Shown: positions 27,645 through 36,124, counted from the stretch's first letter. The stretch is DNA of 45,540 nucleotides from a virus (IMGVR_UViG_3300046408_000007:1-45540); one strand, 5' to 3'. The notes: generated from the sequence alone by a model not told the origin. Program-made: numbers and translations.

Positions 27645-28273
27645 TGTGGCGGCCTCCCCGTAACCCGGGGCCGCTGGCGACGTTCCTGGGGTTCGGCCTG
27701 GTGCTGTTCGCGGCGCTGGGGTTCGGGTGGGGGATGCGGCAGGTCACGGGCCAGCTGCACACGACGCAGGCGACGGTCTCGCGGCTGGACGCGGACTACC
27801 GACAGGCCGCGACCGCGGCGCAGCAGCTTGAGGGTCAGGTGCGGGGGCTGGGGGCGTCGCCGGTGGCGTCCGCGCCGCCCGTCAGCGGCCCACCCGGGGC
27901 GCCGGGGGCCACGGGCGCCACGGGGGTGCAGGGCCCGGTTGGGCCGATGGGCCCACAGGGTCTGCCCGGCGCCCCCGGGGCGGCTGGTGTTGCCGGCCCG
28001 CAGGGTCTCGCCGGTCTCATGGGAATCCCCGGGGCCGCCGGCCAGAACGGCACGCCCGGCACCACCGGCCCGGCCGGTCCGCAGGGCCTGCCCGGTGAGC
28101 CCGGCGCGACGGGTGCGACCGGCCCGGCTGGCGCCAACGGCCGGGGCATCGCCTCCGTGGCGTGCGCCGGCAACCCCACCGACAGCTTCACCGTCACCTA
28201 CTCCGACGGCACCACGCAGACGTTCACCTGCACCATCCCCACCCCGACCCCTTCGGCGTCGCCCTCCCCATGA
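27641..28273 (+). CDS. Membrane-anchored collagen-like protein
   Basis: TM helix, coiled coil, a long Gly-X-Y run, then [10 protein letters not shown]...VTYSDGT. Confidence 0.85.
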   Translation: MMWRPPRNPGPLATFLGFGLVLFAALGFGWGMRQVTGQLHTTQATVSRLDADYRQAATAAQQLEGQVRGLGASPVASAPPVSGPPGAPGATGATGVQGPVGPMGPQGLPGAPGAAGVAGPQGLAGLMGIPGAAGQNGTPGTTGPAGPQGLPGEPGATGATGPAGANGRGIASVACAGNPTDSFTVTYSDGTTQTFTCTIPTPTPSASPSP

Positions 28274-28857
28274 CGGACCGCGACGCGGCCCTCGAGCTCT
28301 ACACCGAGCACGAAGGCCGGATCGTCGCGGTCGCCGTGGGCAGGTTTGGTGGGGGACCGGACCGCGACTACGCGGCTACGCGTAGTGACGCGATGTTGGG
28401 GCTGTGGCGCGCCGCGCAGACGTACGACCCGCAGCACGGCATCCCGTTCAGGGCGTGGGCGTGGCTGAAGGTCGACGGGACAGTCCGGGACGGCATCCGG
28501 GCGCGCACGGGCTTCCGCCGCCCTGGGCGCGCGGAGGCGATCGTCATCAGCTTCGACGAGACGCCGCCGGCCTACCTGCAGCACTCCGACAACAGCTCCA
28601 ACGGGGACACCCTCATCAGCCTGATCCCGGACCAGCGGGCAGCGGCAGCCATCGAGCAGATCGACGCTCGCCTCACCGTCAGCTGGGCGCTCGACAGCCT
28701 CCCCGCGCGGCAGCGGTACGTCATCGAGCAGCACGACATCCACGACCGGACGCTGCTCGCCATCGCCGGTGACCTTGGTGTGTCCGAGGCCCGCATCTCC
28801 CAGCTGCGCAGCAGTGCGCTGAAGACCCTGCGTGCCGTCTGCGCCGCCACAACCTAG
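28270..28857 (+). CDS. FliA/WhiG-like sigma factor (regions 2 and 4 only)
   Basis: [20 protein letters not shown]...V.G...D.IR (region 2); LPARQRYVI...[15 protein letters not shown] (region 4). Confidence 0.85.
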   Translation: MTDRDAALELYTEHEGRIVAVAVGRFGGGPDRDYAATRSDAMLGLWRAAQTYDPQHGIPFRAWAWLKVDGTVRDGIRARTGFRRPGRAEAIVISFDETPPAYLQHSDNSSNGDTLISLIPDQRAAAAIEQIDARLTVSWALDSLPARQRYVIEQHDIHDRTLLAIAGDLGVSEARISQLRSSALKTLRAVCAATT

Positions 28858-28867
28858 GGGAGCGGTC

Positions 28868-29665
28868 TTGCCCATCGTCATGTACGACGCGATCTACGTC
28901 GCGAACCTCCCCGGCGGGGACGTCGCCTATGGCGCCTATGTCGGCGGCAGGTGGCCGACGTACAACGCGGTGCGCGTCGCGTTCCCCCACGCGCGGGTGC
29001 TGTCCATCGCAGTGAACGCCAGCCAGGACGCGGACTGCCTCGACATCGAAACCGGCGACGCGACAGTCGACGAGGCGCCGGCGTGGGTCCGCCGCCAGCA
29101 GGCCCGCGGTGTGGGCCGCCCGGTGCTGTACACGTCGCAGACGAACCTCGGGGCGCTGATGGGCGCGCTGGCCGCTGGCGGTGTCGGCCGGACCGAGGTG
29201 CGGCTGTGGTCCGCGCACTACGCCGGTAAGCACATCTGCTCTCCGGTGTGCGGCGCGCCCGTGCAGTGCGACGGGACGCAGTGGATCGACCACGACGACA
29301 AGTACGACGAGAGCTTGCTCGCCGACGACTTCTTCACCTCAACAGTAGGAGATGACATGGCTCTGACCGAAGCCGAGTGGGGCCGGATGGCTCAGGTCAT
29401 CGCGCAGGTGACCGGGCAGGTGAGCGTCACGCAGGGCTACGCGGGCGCGGCGGACCCGAACCACATGTTCACGGGCATGGCAGCGCAGCTGCAGCAGCTC
29501 GTCGACGCGCGGCTCGCGGTTGCGCTTGACCCGGCGAAGCTCGCGGCGGCGATCGCCCCGCAGCTGAACCAGCAGGCGCACGTGGCCGACCAGGCCGCCA
29601 TCGAGACCGCGATCCGGAACGTGTTCGCCGAGCTCGGCAAGCCCACCTCTACCCCTGGAGCCTGA
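28868..29665 (+). CDS. Endolysin (glycoside hydrolase, GH25/DUF1906-like)
   Basis: MYDA, YVGGRWPT, LDIETGD, PVLYTS, LWSAHY, QW; upstream of the holin. TTG start inferred from the RBS. Confidence 0.75.
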   Translation: MPIVMYDAIYVANLPGGDVAYGAYVGGRWPTYNAVRVAFPHARVLSIAVNASQDADCLDIETGDATVDEAPAWVRRQQARGVGRPVLYTSQTNLGALMGALAAGGVGRTEVRLWSAHYAGKHICSPVCGAPVQCDGTQWIDHDDKYDESLLADDFFTSTVGDDMALTEAEWGRMAQVIAQVTGQVSVTQGYAGAADPNHMFTGMAAQLQQLVDARLAVALDPAKLAAAIAPQLNQQAHVADQAAIETAIRNVFAELGKPTSTPGA

Positions 29666-29666
29666 C

Positions 29667-30149
29667 ATGACCGCCGTTCCCACCCTCACCCCGGGCCTCT
29701 CCGCCCGTGAGCCAGCGCGGCTGCGCGCTGCCATCGCCAGCGTCGTCGCAGTCATCTCCGGGCTAACCGCCAACGTGGTTCCCATCGACGCGCGCTGGCA
29801 GGGCTACATCACCAGTGCAGCAGTGGCGGTGGCCCTCGGGGCACCGACGCTCGCGGAGTACATCCGCCGCGGGGTGTTCTCCCCGGCCAGTGCCGTCCAG
29901 CTCGTGAAGGACGAGGCAGCGGCCGAGGACTTCGCCCCGATCATGAACGTCAGCTCGGGGGTCGGGACTCAGTCCTTCACGGTGGGCGCAAACACGTCCC
30001 TGCTCGCTCCCGTTGCCCCGGCCGCGCCGGAGGCCCCGGCTGCGGCGCCGATCCCTGTTCCCGACGTGCCCGCTGCCGAGCCCGCGGCCCCGCCCGTGCT
30101 GGACAGCACCGTCCCCGCCGCAGACCCGGCAGCCCCACCGGCCGCCTGA
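29667..30149 (+). CDS. Holin-like membrane protein
   Basis: REPA, two TM helices, YIRRGVFSP, and a Pro/Ala tail. Confidence 0.7.
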   Translation: MTAVPTLTPGLSAREPARLRAAIASVVAVISGLTANVVPIDARWQGYITSAAVAVALGAPTLAEYIRRGVFSPASAVQLVKDEAAAEDFAPIMNVSSGVGTQSFTVGANTSLLAPVAPAAPEAPAAAPIPVPDVPAAEPAAPPVLDSTVPAADPAAPPAA

Positions 30150-30700
30150 TGGCCCTCACCGACCTGTCCGTCCTCGACGGCTGCAAGGTCGGCGGGTTCC
30201 CCGCCGACTACCCGGCCGACCGGCGGACCTTCTTCTCGCCCATCGACGACGTCCCGAAGGTCCTCGCCGCCTGCCTCGCCAGCGCGCAGCGGTCCGTGTA
30301 TGTCGCCATGTTCGGCTTCGCCGACCCGGTGGTGTCCAAGACGCTCATCGGGCTGCTGGAGAACCAGCACGTGCTCGTGCAGATGGCGCTGGACAGCACG
30401 CAGGCGGCCGGCGTGGGGGAGAAGCGGCTGCTGGCCGACTGGGCGCAGCAGATCGGCAACTCGGTCAGCGTGGGCCGCAGCGAGCACGGCGCGATCCAGC
30501 ACCTGAAGGTGCTGGTGATCGACGGGGAGCTGGTGATCCACGGGAGCACGAACTTGTCGGTGGGCGGTGAGACGCTGCAGGACAACGAGCTGACGGTGCA
30601 GCTGAACCGCGCGGTCGCGGCGTCGTTCACGGACCGGGTGATGCGGATCCACGACGTGCAGCTGAAGCAGATGGCAGCGAAGGCCGCCAAGGCGGCGTAG
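30149..30700 (+). CDS. Phospholipase D family protein (single HKD motif)
   Basis: FFSP, VAMFGF, HLKVLVIDG.....GSTNLS, NE. Confidence 0.9.
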   Translation: MALTDLSVLDGCKVGGFPADYPADRRTFFSPIDDVPKVLAACLASAQRSVYVAMFGFADPVVSKTLIGLLENQHVLVQMALDSTQAAGVGEKRLLADWAQQIGNSVSVGRSEHGAIQHLKVLVIDGELVIHGSTNLSVGGETLQDNELTVQLNRAVAASFTDRVMRIHDVQLKQMAAKAAKAA

Positions 30701-30720
30701 GTCGCTGGTGCGACGAGAGA

Positions 30721-30757
30721 GCCCCGGTCACCCTTCGTGGGTGGCCGGGGCTTCTTC
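30721..30757 (+). terminator. Intrinsic terminator ending the late operon
   Basis: GCCCCGGTCACCC-TTCGT-GGGTGGCCGGGGC followed by TTCTTC; lies between convergent genes. Confidence 0.8.
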
Positions 30758-30767
30758 GCGTTGTGGG

Positions 30768-30971
30768 CTAGTCCTTGGCGAGCAGGAACGCGAGCGGCAT
30801 GCCGGAGAGGACAAGGCAGCCAGCCGACCACAGGACGCTCACCCAGGTCGGGTGGAGCATCAACGCGACGGCGCCCATGCCCATGACGAGCAGCCAGATT
30901 CCTACCCCAGCGAGAGCCAGCAGGGCCAGGTGGACCGCGGTGCGCCGGAACGTGCGGGCGGAACCCGTCAT
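30768..30971 (-). CDS. Small two-TM membrane protein
   Basis: Very hydrophobic 67 aa; adjacent to the upstream minus-strand gene. Confidence 0.65.
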   Translation of the reverse strand: MTGSARTFRRTAVHLALLALAGVGIWLLVMGMGAVALMLHPTWVSVLWSAGCLVLSGMPLAFLLAKD

Positions 30972-30974
30972 GCC

Positions 30975-31247
30975 TTACCCCTTCGCGCCGGCGGGTCGGA
31001 GGTCGCCGATCAGGGGCTCGCCGTACTTCCCCCACGACGCATGGCAGGTGCGGCAGTTTGTCTCGCTGTACGCCTTCCCATCCTCGCCGTACAGCCTTGC
31101 CTCCATCGGGACGACCCGGCCGCCGCAGTAGGGGCAGGCGAGAACCTTCCCGTCCGGGACGAGCTCCGCGGCGATGGCGAGGTGCGCGTCGCGTACAGCG
31201 GTCCGCCTGCGCTCGGAACTGGTTGGCGTGTGCTCAGAACCCGTCAT
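30975..31247 (-). CDS. Small zinc-ribbon protein
   Basis: RBS AAGGAG; CPYC...CRTC. Confidence 0.7.
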   Translation of the reverse strand: MTGSEHTPTSSERRRTAVRDAHLAIAAELVPDGKVLACPYCGGRVVPMEARLYGEDGKAYSETNCRTCHASWGKYGEPLIGDLRPAGAKG

Positions 31248-31336
31248 GAGACGCTCCTTTGGTCTGTCCCCAAACTCTACCACGTACTAGGCTTGATTAT
31301 GCATGGAATCACGTCCTGTAGGTGTAGGATCCAGGC

Positions 31337-31636
31337 ATGGCTGACGAGACTCCTACCGACCTGGAGTTCACCGAGCGGCTTGACTCGGAGGGTTTCGTCC
31401 GGACCCGCGGCATCCAGGTCCCATGCCGAACCTGGATCGCATGGGAATTCACGAGGGTGCCGTTTCTGTGGGAGCGCGGACGGCCCCAGCGTGGTCGTTC
31501 GTCTGCGATCGAGGTAGGTGAGGGCCTGGTGCGCCTCACACTCGAGAACGGGACGTGGCTGTACCGCCTGGGCGAGTACGACCCCAACCGCCGCGCGTAC
31601 GCGGCCACGCTCATCAAGGGCGACCCGATCCCATGA
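31337..31636 (+). CDS. Hypothetical protein coupled to the Cre-like recombinase
   Basis: -10-like TAGGAT 6 nt before the ATG (leaderless); ATGA overlap with the next gene. Confidence 0.7.
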   Translation: MADETPTDLEFTERLDSEGFVRTRGIQVPCRTWIAWEFTRVPFLWERGRPQRGRSSAIEVGEGLVRLTLENGTWLYRLGEYDPNRRAYAATLIKGDPIP

Positions 31637-32628
31637 CCGACCACGCCGCCCTAGCCCTCCCCGCGGACGGCCCGCCGCTGACGGCCGACGAGGCCGCCTA
31701 CATCGCGGGGGCGCTGGCGCCGAACACGATCCGCAGCTACTCCGGGCACTGGCGCGAGTTCGTCGCCTGGGCCGCCGCAGCCGGCCACGCCGCCCTACCG
31801 GCGCCGCCGGAGGCCGTCAGCCAGTACCTCATCGCGCTCGCGAAGGCCGGGGCGACCGTCGGCACGATGGGCGTCAAGATCACCGCCGTCAAGCACGCGC
31901 ACAAGGTCGCCGGGTTCCCCGACCCGACAAGCACCGCCCGCGTCGACTACACCTGGGAAGGGATCCGCCGGGAGCACGGATCCCCCGCCGACCAGGCCAA
32001 GCCCCTCATGCCACCCGTGCTGGTCGACGTCATCGCCGCGTGCCCCGACGTGTGCCGCCCACGCCGCAACGAACCGCCCGAGACGTCGCTGCTGGGGCTG
32101 CGCGACCGGGCCATGCTCCTGACCGGCTTCTGGGGGGCGATGCGCCGCAGCGAAATCGCCGCGCTCGAGGTGCGGAACCTGTCCGACCACCCGGACGGCA
32201 TCACCATCACCCTCACGCACAGCAAGACCAACCAGCACGGCGCCGCCGAGCACATGATCCTCCCGCGCGCCCGCAACCCCGACCTGTGCCCCGTCACCGC
32301 GCTGCGCAACTGGTTGGACGCCGCAGGCATCGACGACGGGCCTGTGTTCCGTGGGGTCCGCCGGGAGAACCGTGTGACGTCCGGCAAGCTCGCCACCGAG
32401 TCGATGAACAAGATCCTGCGCGGCGCCCTAGCCCGCGCAGGCGTCGACCCGGCCGGCTACAGCATGCACAGCCTGCGCGCCGGGTTCGTCACCTACGCGC
32501 ACATGCGCGGCGCCACCGACCGGGAGATCATGGCGCAGACCCGGCACCGCTCCCCCGAGACCCTCGGCCTGTACGTCCGCGTCCAGGACGCGTGGAAGAT
32601 GAACGCCGCCACCAGATTGGGGCTGTAG
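31633..32628 (+). CDS. Cre-like tyrosine recombinase
   Basis: APNTIRSY..HW..F; RDRAMLLTGFWGAMRRSE; SKTNQ; CPV; HSLRAGF; TRH; Y. Confidence 0.92.
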   Translation: MTDHAALALPADGPPLTADEAAYIAGALAPNTIRSYSGHWREFVAWAAAAGHAALPAPPEAVSQYLIALAKAGATVGTMGVKITAVKHAHKVAGFPDPTSTARVDYTWEGIRREHGSPADQAKPLMPPVLVDVIAACPDVCRPRRNEPPETSLLGLRDRAMLLTGFWGAMRRSEIAALEVRNLSDHPDGITITLTHSKTNQHGAAEHMILPRARNPDLCPVTALRNWLDAAGIDDGPVFRGVRRENRVTSGKLATESMNKILRGALARAGVDPAGYSMHSLRAGFVTYAHMRGATDREIMAQTRHRSPETLGLYVRVQDAWKMNAATRLGL

Positions 32629-32784
32629 TGTAGTAGTCACGGGCCGCACGTTGGTTCGGCACGCCGGGGCGCGTAGACAGGGAACCTACTGGTCGCCCCT
32701 GACAGGGATCCGTCGGCGAAACGGCGGCGCTGTCCCGGCGGTCGAACGAGCGGGCGGCCCGTCTAACAGACGGGGGTTAGCCGG

Positions 32785-32970
32785 ATGACCAAGTACGTGC
32801 GCCGCCTCAGGGAGTGGTGGGTTCCCTCTGTCTACAAGTACTGGGCCTACCACAAGCGACAAACCGAGATTCGCAGGGTGATGGAGACAGACCCACACGC
32901 TGCTGCGGGGATGATGCTCGAGGACTTGCGCCCTGGCTCGGAGTACTACTGGTGCACAAGGTCGTCCTAA
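32785..32970 (+). CDS. Small hypothetical protein (moron-like)
   Basis: 61 aa, lower GC, rich in aromatic residues; followed by a terminator. Confidence 0.45.
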   Translation: MTKYVRRLREWWVPSVYKYWAYHKRQTEIRRVMETDPHAAAGMMLEDLRPGSEYYWCTRSS

Positions 32971-33014
32971 GTCCCGGTCCCGCGCGCGTGTCCTATACTC
33001 CAGCTCATACACCG

Positions 33015-33041
33015 CCCGGCCGCTCTGCGGCCGGGTTTTCT
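33015..33041 (+). terminator. Intrinsic terminator
   Basis: CCCGGCCGC-TCT-GCGGCCGGG-TTTTCT, right at the stop codon of the convergent integrase. Confidence 0.8.
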
Positions 33042-33878
33042 CTAGGCAGGCCGCTCGTCCGTCTGGCGCCCCAGCCGCAGCACCGTCGCCCGCAGCCGGT
33101 CGCTCTCCACCAGCGCGTACCCAGCCGTCGTCGCCGGGCTCGCATGCCGCAACAGCTGCTGCGTCACCAGAATGTCGTGGTCCACGGCGTACGCGTCCGT
33201 CCCGAACCGGTGCCGCAGCATGTGCGTGTGCCCCTGCACGCCGCACGCCACCATCACCTGCTTCACCGCCCGCGTCACCGTCGCCGCCTGGATGTGCGGC
33301 GACTGCGACCCGAGGTTGCCCGGGAACCAGAACCGCATGTCCCGGGGGTAGTTCTGCGCGTCCTCCCAGATCAGCGGGTGCGTCGGCACCACCGCCACGT
33401 ACCCGCCCTTGCCGACCACCCGGATCCCCGTCGCCGACACGTCCACCCCCCGGACCTTCGCGATCTCGTGGGCCCGCAGCCCCGCGTACACCCCCAGCAG
33501 CAGGAAGCTCCTAGGGTGCCCCTTCGCCACCTCGAGCAGCACCGTCACGTCGTTGGCGGGCAGCGGTTGCGGGATGCCGCGCGGCTTCTTCGGCACCCGG
33601 ATCCTGCGGGTCGGGTCGTCGATCCGGCGATCGGTGTCGAGCAGGAAGCCGAACCAGGCCCGCGCGTGGGAGTAGTAGGTCAGCCGTGTCCAGGGCGCCA
33701 AGTCACCCGCCAGCCAGCTCGTGATCTGCTCGGCGGTGCAGGTGCGGGGGTCGGTGTCGGCGGAGCGTGCAAGGAGGCGGACGCCGGTGAGGCGGCTGCG
33801 GACGGTGTCGCGGCTGTTGCCGGCCGCCTTCATGGCGTCCGTGTAGGCGGCCAGCGTGTCGGGCAACGACTCGTCCAC
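33042..33878 (-). CDS. int: Short tyrosine integrase with no arm-binding domain
   Basis: GLRAHE, VGKGG, HMLRH, LRH, TAGY; GTG at 33878 with an AGGGGG RBS; 278 aa. Confidence 0.9.
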   Translation of the reverse strand: MDESLPDTLAAYTDAMKAAGNSRDTVRSRLTGVRLLARSADTDPRTCTAEQITSWLAGDLAPWTRLTYYSHARAWFGFLLDTDRRIDDPTRRIRVPKKPRGIPQPLPANDVTVLLEVAKGHPRSFLLLGVYAGLRAHEIAKVRGVDVSATGIRVVGKGGYVAVVPTHPLIWEDAQNYPRDMRFWFPGNLGSQSPHIQAATVTRAVKQVMVACGVQGHTHMLRHRFGTDAYAVDHDILVTQQLLRHASPATTAGYALVESDRLRATVLRLGRQTDERPA

Positions 33879-33973
33879 GTACCGCCCCCTTTGCGACAGG
33901 TTGAGAGATTTACCAGATCTGAGGGGGCCTGTGGATGGTTGTGGGAAACAGGTAGCAGAAAGTGCCGTGCGGG

Positions 33974-34294
33974 CTACGCGGCGCAGGCCTCGGGGGCAGC
34001 GCGGGGGGCCAGTAAGGCCGTCATGTCCAGATCCCGATACGATGGCGTATCTGGCATCTGCCCCGTCTGCAGCCATTCGATGGGGACGCCGGTGACGTCC
34101 GCCCACGCGCGTAGCACGATGATCCGCGGCGACGTCTTCCCCGCCTCGTAGTTGCTGACGCTGTTGCGGCTGATGCCGATGGCGTCAGCGAGCTGGCCCT
34201 GATCGAGGCCGGCGAACTTGCGGGCCTTGGCGAGCCTGTCGGCCTGGTCGAACGTGGGCACGTTCGCTCGCTGGGTCGGCACCTGGGTCGTCAC
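33974..34294 (-). CDS. Immunity repressor (XRE HTH)
   Basis: DRLAKAR..AGLDQ..LA..IGISRNSVSNYEAG...P; RBS AAGGAGG; ends in ACAA. Confidence 0.9.
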   Translation of the reverse strand: MTTQVPTQRANVPTFDQADRLAKARKFAGLDQGQLADAIGISRNSVSNYEAGKTSPRIIVLRAWADVTGVPIEWLQTGQMPDTPSYRDLDMTALLAPRAAPEACAA

Positions 34295-34323
34295 GGTGGG
34301 GCCTCCTTCTCCTTAGCCGCTCT

Positions 34324-34465
34324 GGCTTGTGCACCAGCGGCATGCCCAAGCTAGGGCACTGGCACGCATGCTTGCAAGTGCAAGCTCACCCGAACGGGTG
34401 AGATCCTCAGCAAATACCCCCGGAAGACCTTGCGCCCAGGCTTGTGCAGGTGCATGGTTCTGGGC
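34324..34465. promoter_or_regulatory. Genetic switch with operators and a rightward promoter
   Basis: GGCTTGTGCA at 34324 and 34439; inverted TGCCCAAGC at 34343; palindrome GCTTGCA-AG-TGCAAGC at 34370; -35 TTGCGC at 34430, 17-bp spacer, -10 CATGGT at 34453. Confidence 0.7.
34386..34401. promoter_or_regulatory. Perfect BldM-consensus palindrome TCACCCGAACGGGTGA
   Basis: Matches the Streptomyces BldM homodimer consensus TCACcCgnncGgGTGA at every defined position. Confidence 0.6.
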
Positions 34466-34672
34466 ATGCCCACAGAAGACCTCCTCACCACCGCACAGGC
34501 CGCCGACATGCTCGGGGTCAGCGTGTGGGCGATCCACCGCCGGGTCGCCGCCCGCCGGCTCAAGGCCGCCACCAAGCTCCCCGGCACCAACGGGTACGTC
34601 TTCCGCCGCGCCGACGTCGAGCGCCTCGCCGCCACCGAGAACCACACCGACGACCTCGGCGGTGCCGCATGA
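34466..34672 (+). CDS. Cro/excisionase-like MerR-type HTH protein
   Basis: LLTTAQAADMLGVS...I.R; F.RADVERL; divergent from the repressor. Confidence 0.85.
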   Translation: MPTEDLLTTAQAADMLGVSVWAIHRRVAARRLKAATKLPGTNGYVFRRADVERLAATENHTDDLGGAA

Positions 34673-34854
34673 GCGACCAGCCGAAGGATGGCGGCGGCAA
34701 GATCGAGGACCTCGGCGGCTGGTCGACTCCCATGGGTGAAGCCGTCGCCCAGCTACGCGAGCTGTACATCAGCCTCAAGGCGGGCGGATTCACCAAGGAC
34801 GAGGCGCTGACGATCTGCGTGCGGGTTCTGCGCGGCGACGGCGGTGCCTCGTGA
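34669..34854 (+). CDS. Hypothetical protein
   Basis: LRELYISLKAGGFTKDEAL; coupled overlaps. Confidence 0.7.
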   Translation: MSDQPKDGGGKIEDLGGWSTPMGEAVAQLRELYISLKAGGFTKDEALTICVRVLRGDGGAS

Positions 34855-35001
34855 GGCTCACCCGCACCGGCACGACCGGCCGAGACAGCCACCGGACCAT
34901 GCACCTCCCCCCAGCACGGTCCGGTGGCCTCGCCACCCGCCTCGGCAAGCCCCAGCCCCGCACCCGGCGCACCCTCGCCCAGCACCTGCGGGGGGCGTGA
35001 C

Positions 35002-35205
35002 ATGGAACCCCCCGTCCGCATGACCTACACCGACCCCGACGGTGACCGCTTCGAGTTCACTGGCTTCGTTGGGCACCCGCACCCGGGCGTCGTCCAGGTC
35101 AGGGACGCCGAGGTTGGGTTGAGCGCGGATGCGTTAAGGCATCTGAGGGACGCCATCACCGCGACGCTCGACGAGCCGCCCACCAACACGGAGCCGGCCC
35201 CGTGA
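35002..35205 (+). CDS. Hypothetical protein
   Basis: YTDPDGD motif; coupled to the next gene. Confidence 0.6.
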   Translation: MEPPVRMTYTDPDGDRFEFTGFVGHPHPGVVQVRDAEVGLSADALRHLRDAITATLDEPPTNTEPAP

Positions 35206-35402
35206 CCCCCCGGCAGCTCGCCATCGACCTCATCACCGGCGGCATGTTCGCCGGCGGGTTCACCGCCTGGGCCCTTGACCTCTGGCAGGCCCGCCACCGG
35301 CGGAGCGCCATCGGCGTCTGCACCCGCTGCGCCGTCGCCGTCACCACCGGGACGTGCTTCGACTGCCACGCCGCGGACGCGATCTGGCTGGCCGCGCGAT
35401 GA
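35202..35402 (+). CDS. Small membrane/Zn-binding protein
   Basis: TM segment plus two CxxC motifs. Confidence 0.6.
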   Translation: MTPRQLAIDLITGGMFAGGFTAWALDLWQARHRRSAIGVCTRCAVAVTTGTCFDCHAADAIWLAAR

Positions 35403-36124
35403 GCGGCGCGCCGTACTACTCCGATGAGGCAGTCGAGCTCTATCTCGGCGACTGCATGAAGCTGCTACCGACACTCGGTGTCGAGGCAGACGTGACCATC
35501 ACCGACCCGCCCTACGACGCGAACACGCACGCCAAGGCACGCGTCACCGCGTCGAAGCGCGACGGCGGAAGCGCGGTCGAATTCGGGTTCGACAGCTTCA
35601 CCGTCGACGACCTACGCGCCAGCCTCGCACTCGCCGCGTCGGTGACCCGCCGATGGGTCATCGCCACAGTGGACTACCGGCACGCCGTCACATTCCACGA
35701 CGACCCGCCCAACGGGCTGCGCTTACTCCGCATCGGCGTATGGGTCAAGACAAACCCGATGCCGCAAATCAGCGGCGACCGCCCTGGCCAGGGCTGGGAA
35801 GCCATCGCTTTCCTGCACCGCGACGACACCCGCCCGACATGGAACGGAGGCGGACGGGCCGCGAACTGGGTCCTGCCCAGCGAGCAGCACACGGGCCACC
35901 CCACAGCAAAGCCTGTTGTCATGGTCCGCGACATCGTCCGGCTGTTCACCAACCCCGGCGACCTCGTTCTTGACCCGTTCGCCGGAAGCGGCACGACCCT
36001 CCGTGCATCGAAGGACGAGGGACGCCACGCAGTCGGCATCGAGAAGAAAGTCTCCTACTGCGGCCTCGCCGCTGGGCGTCTCAGCCAGGAAGTGTTGTTC
36101 GGGGACCTTGGGAGCGCCGCGTGA
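35399..36124 (+). CDS. DNA amino-methyltransferase (N4-C/N6-A, beta class)
   Basis: TDPPY, HPTAKP, VLDPFAGSGTT. Confidence 0.93.
   Translation: MSGAPYYSDEAVELYLGDCMKLLPTLGVEADVTITDPPYDANTHAKARVTASKRDGGSAVEFGFDSFTVDDLRASLALAASVTRRWVIATVDYRHAVTFHDDPPNGLRLLRIGVWVKTNPMPQISGDRPGQGWEAIAFLHRDDTRPTWNGGGRAANWVLPSEQHTGHPTAKPVVMVRDIVRLFTNPGDLVLDPFAGSGTTLRASKDEGRHAVGIEKKVSYCGLAAGRLSQEVLFGDLGSAA

Noticed and set aside
27880-28140. GC-rich nucleotide repeats
   Set aside because: Explained by the collagen Gly-X-Y coding.
7906-30652. Many long minus-strand ORFs across the structural region
   Set aside because: Antisense shadows typical of high-GC DNA, with no recognisable motifs.
32690-32784. Superficial resemblance to a c-di-GMP-I (GEMM) riboswitch
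   Set aside because: The conserved GGCAAA and GACGCAAA elements are missing; kept only as a structured leader.
33974-34100. tRNA-derived attP core in the repressor gene
   Set aside because: No T-loop or acceptor-stem signature was recognisable on either strand, and I saw no tRNA gene anywhere in the window.
33879-34106. N-terminal extension of the integrase in the ORF track
   Set aside because: It overlaps the repressor and is low-complexity; a GTG with an RBS at 33878 fits better.
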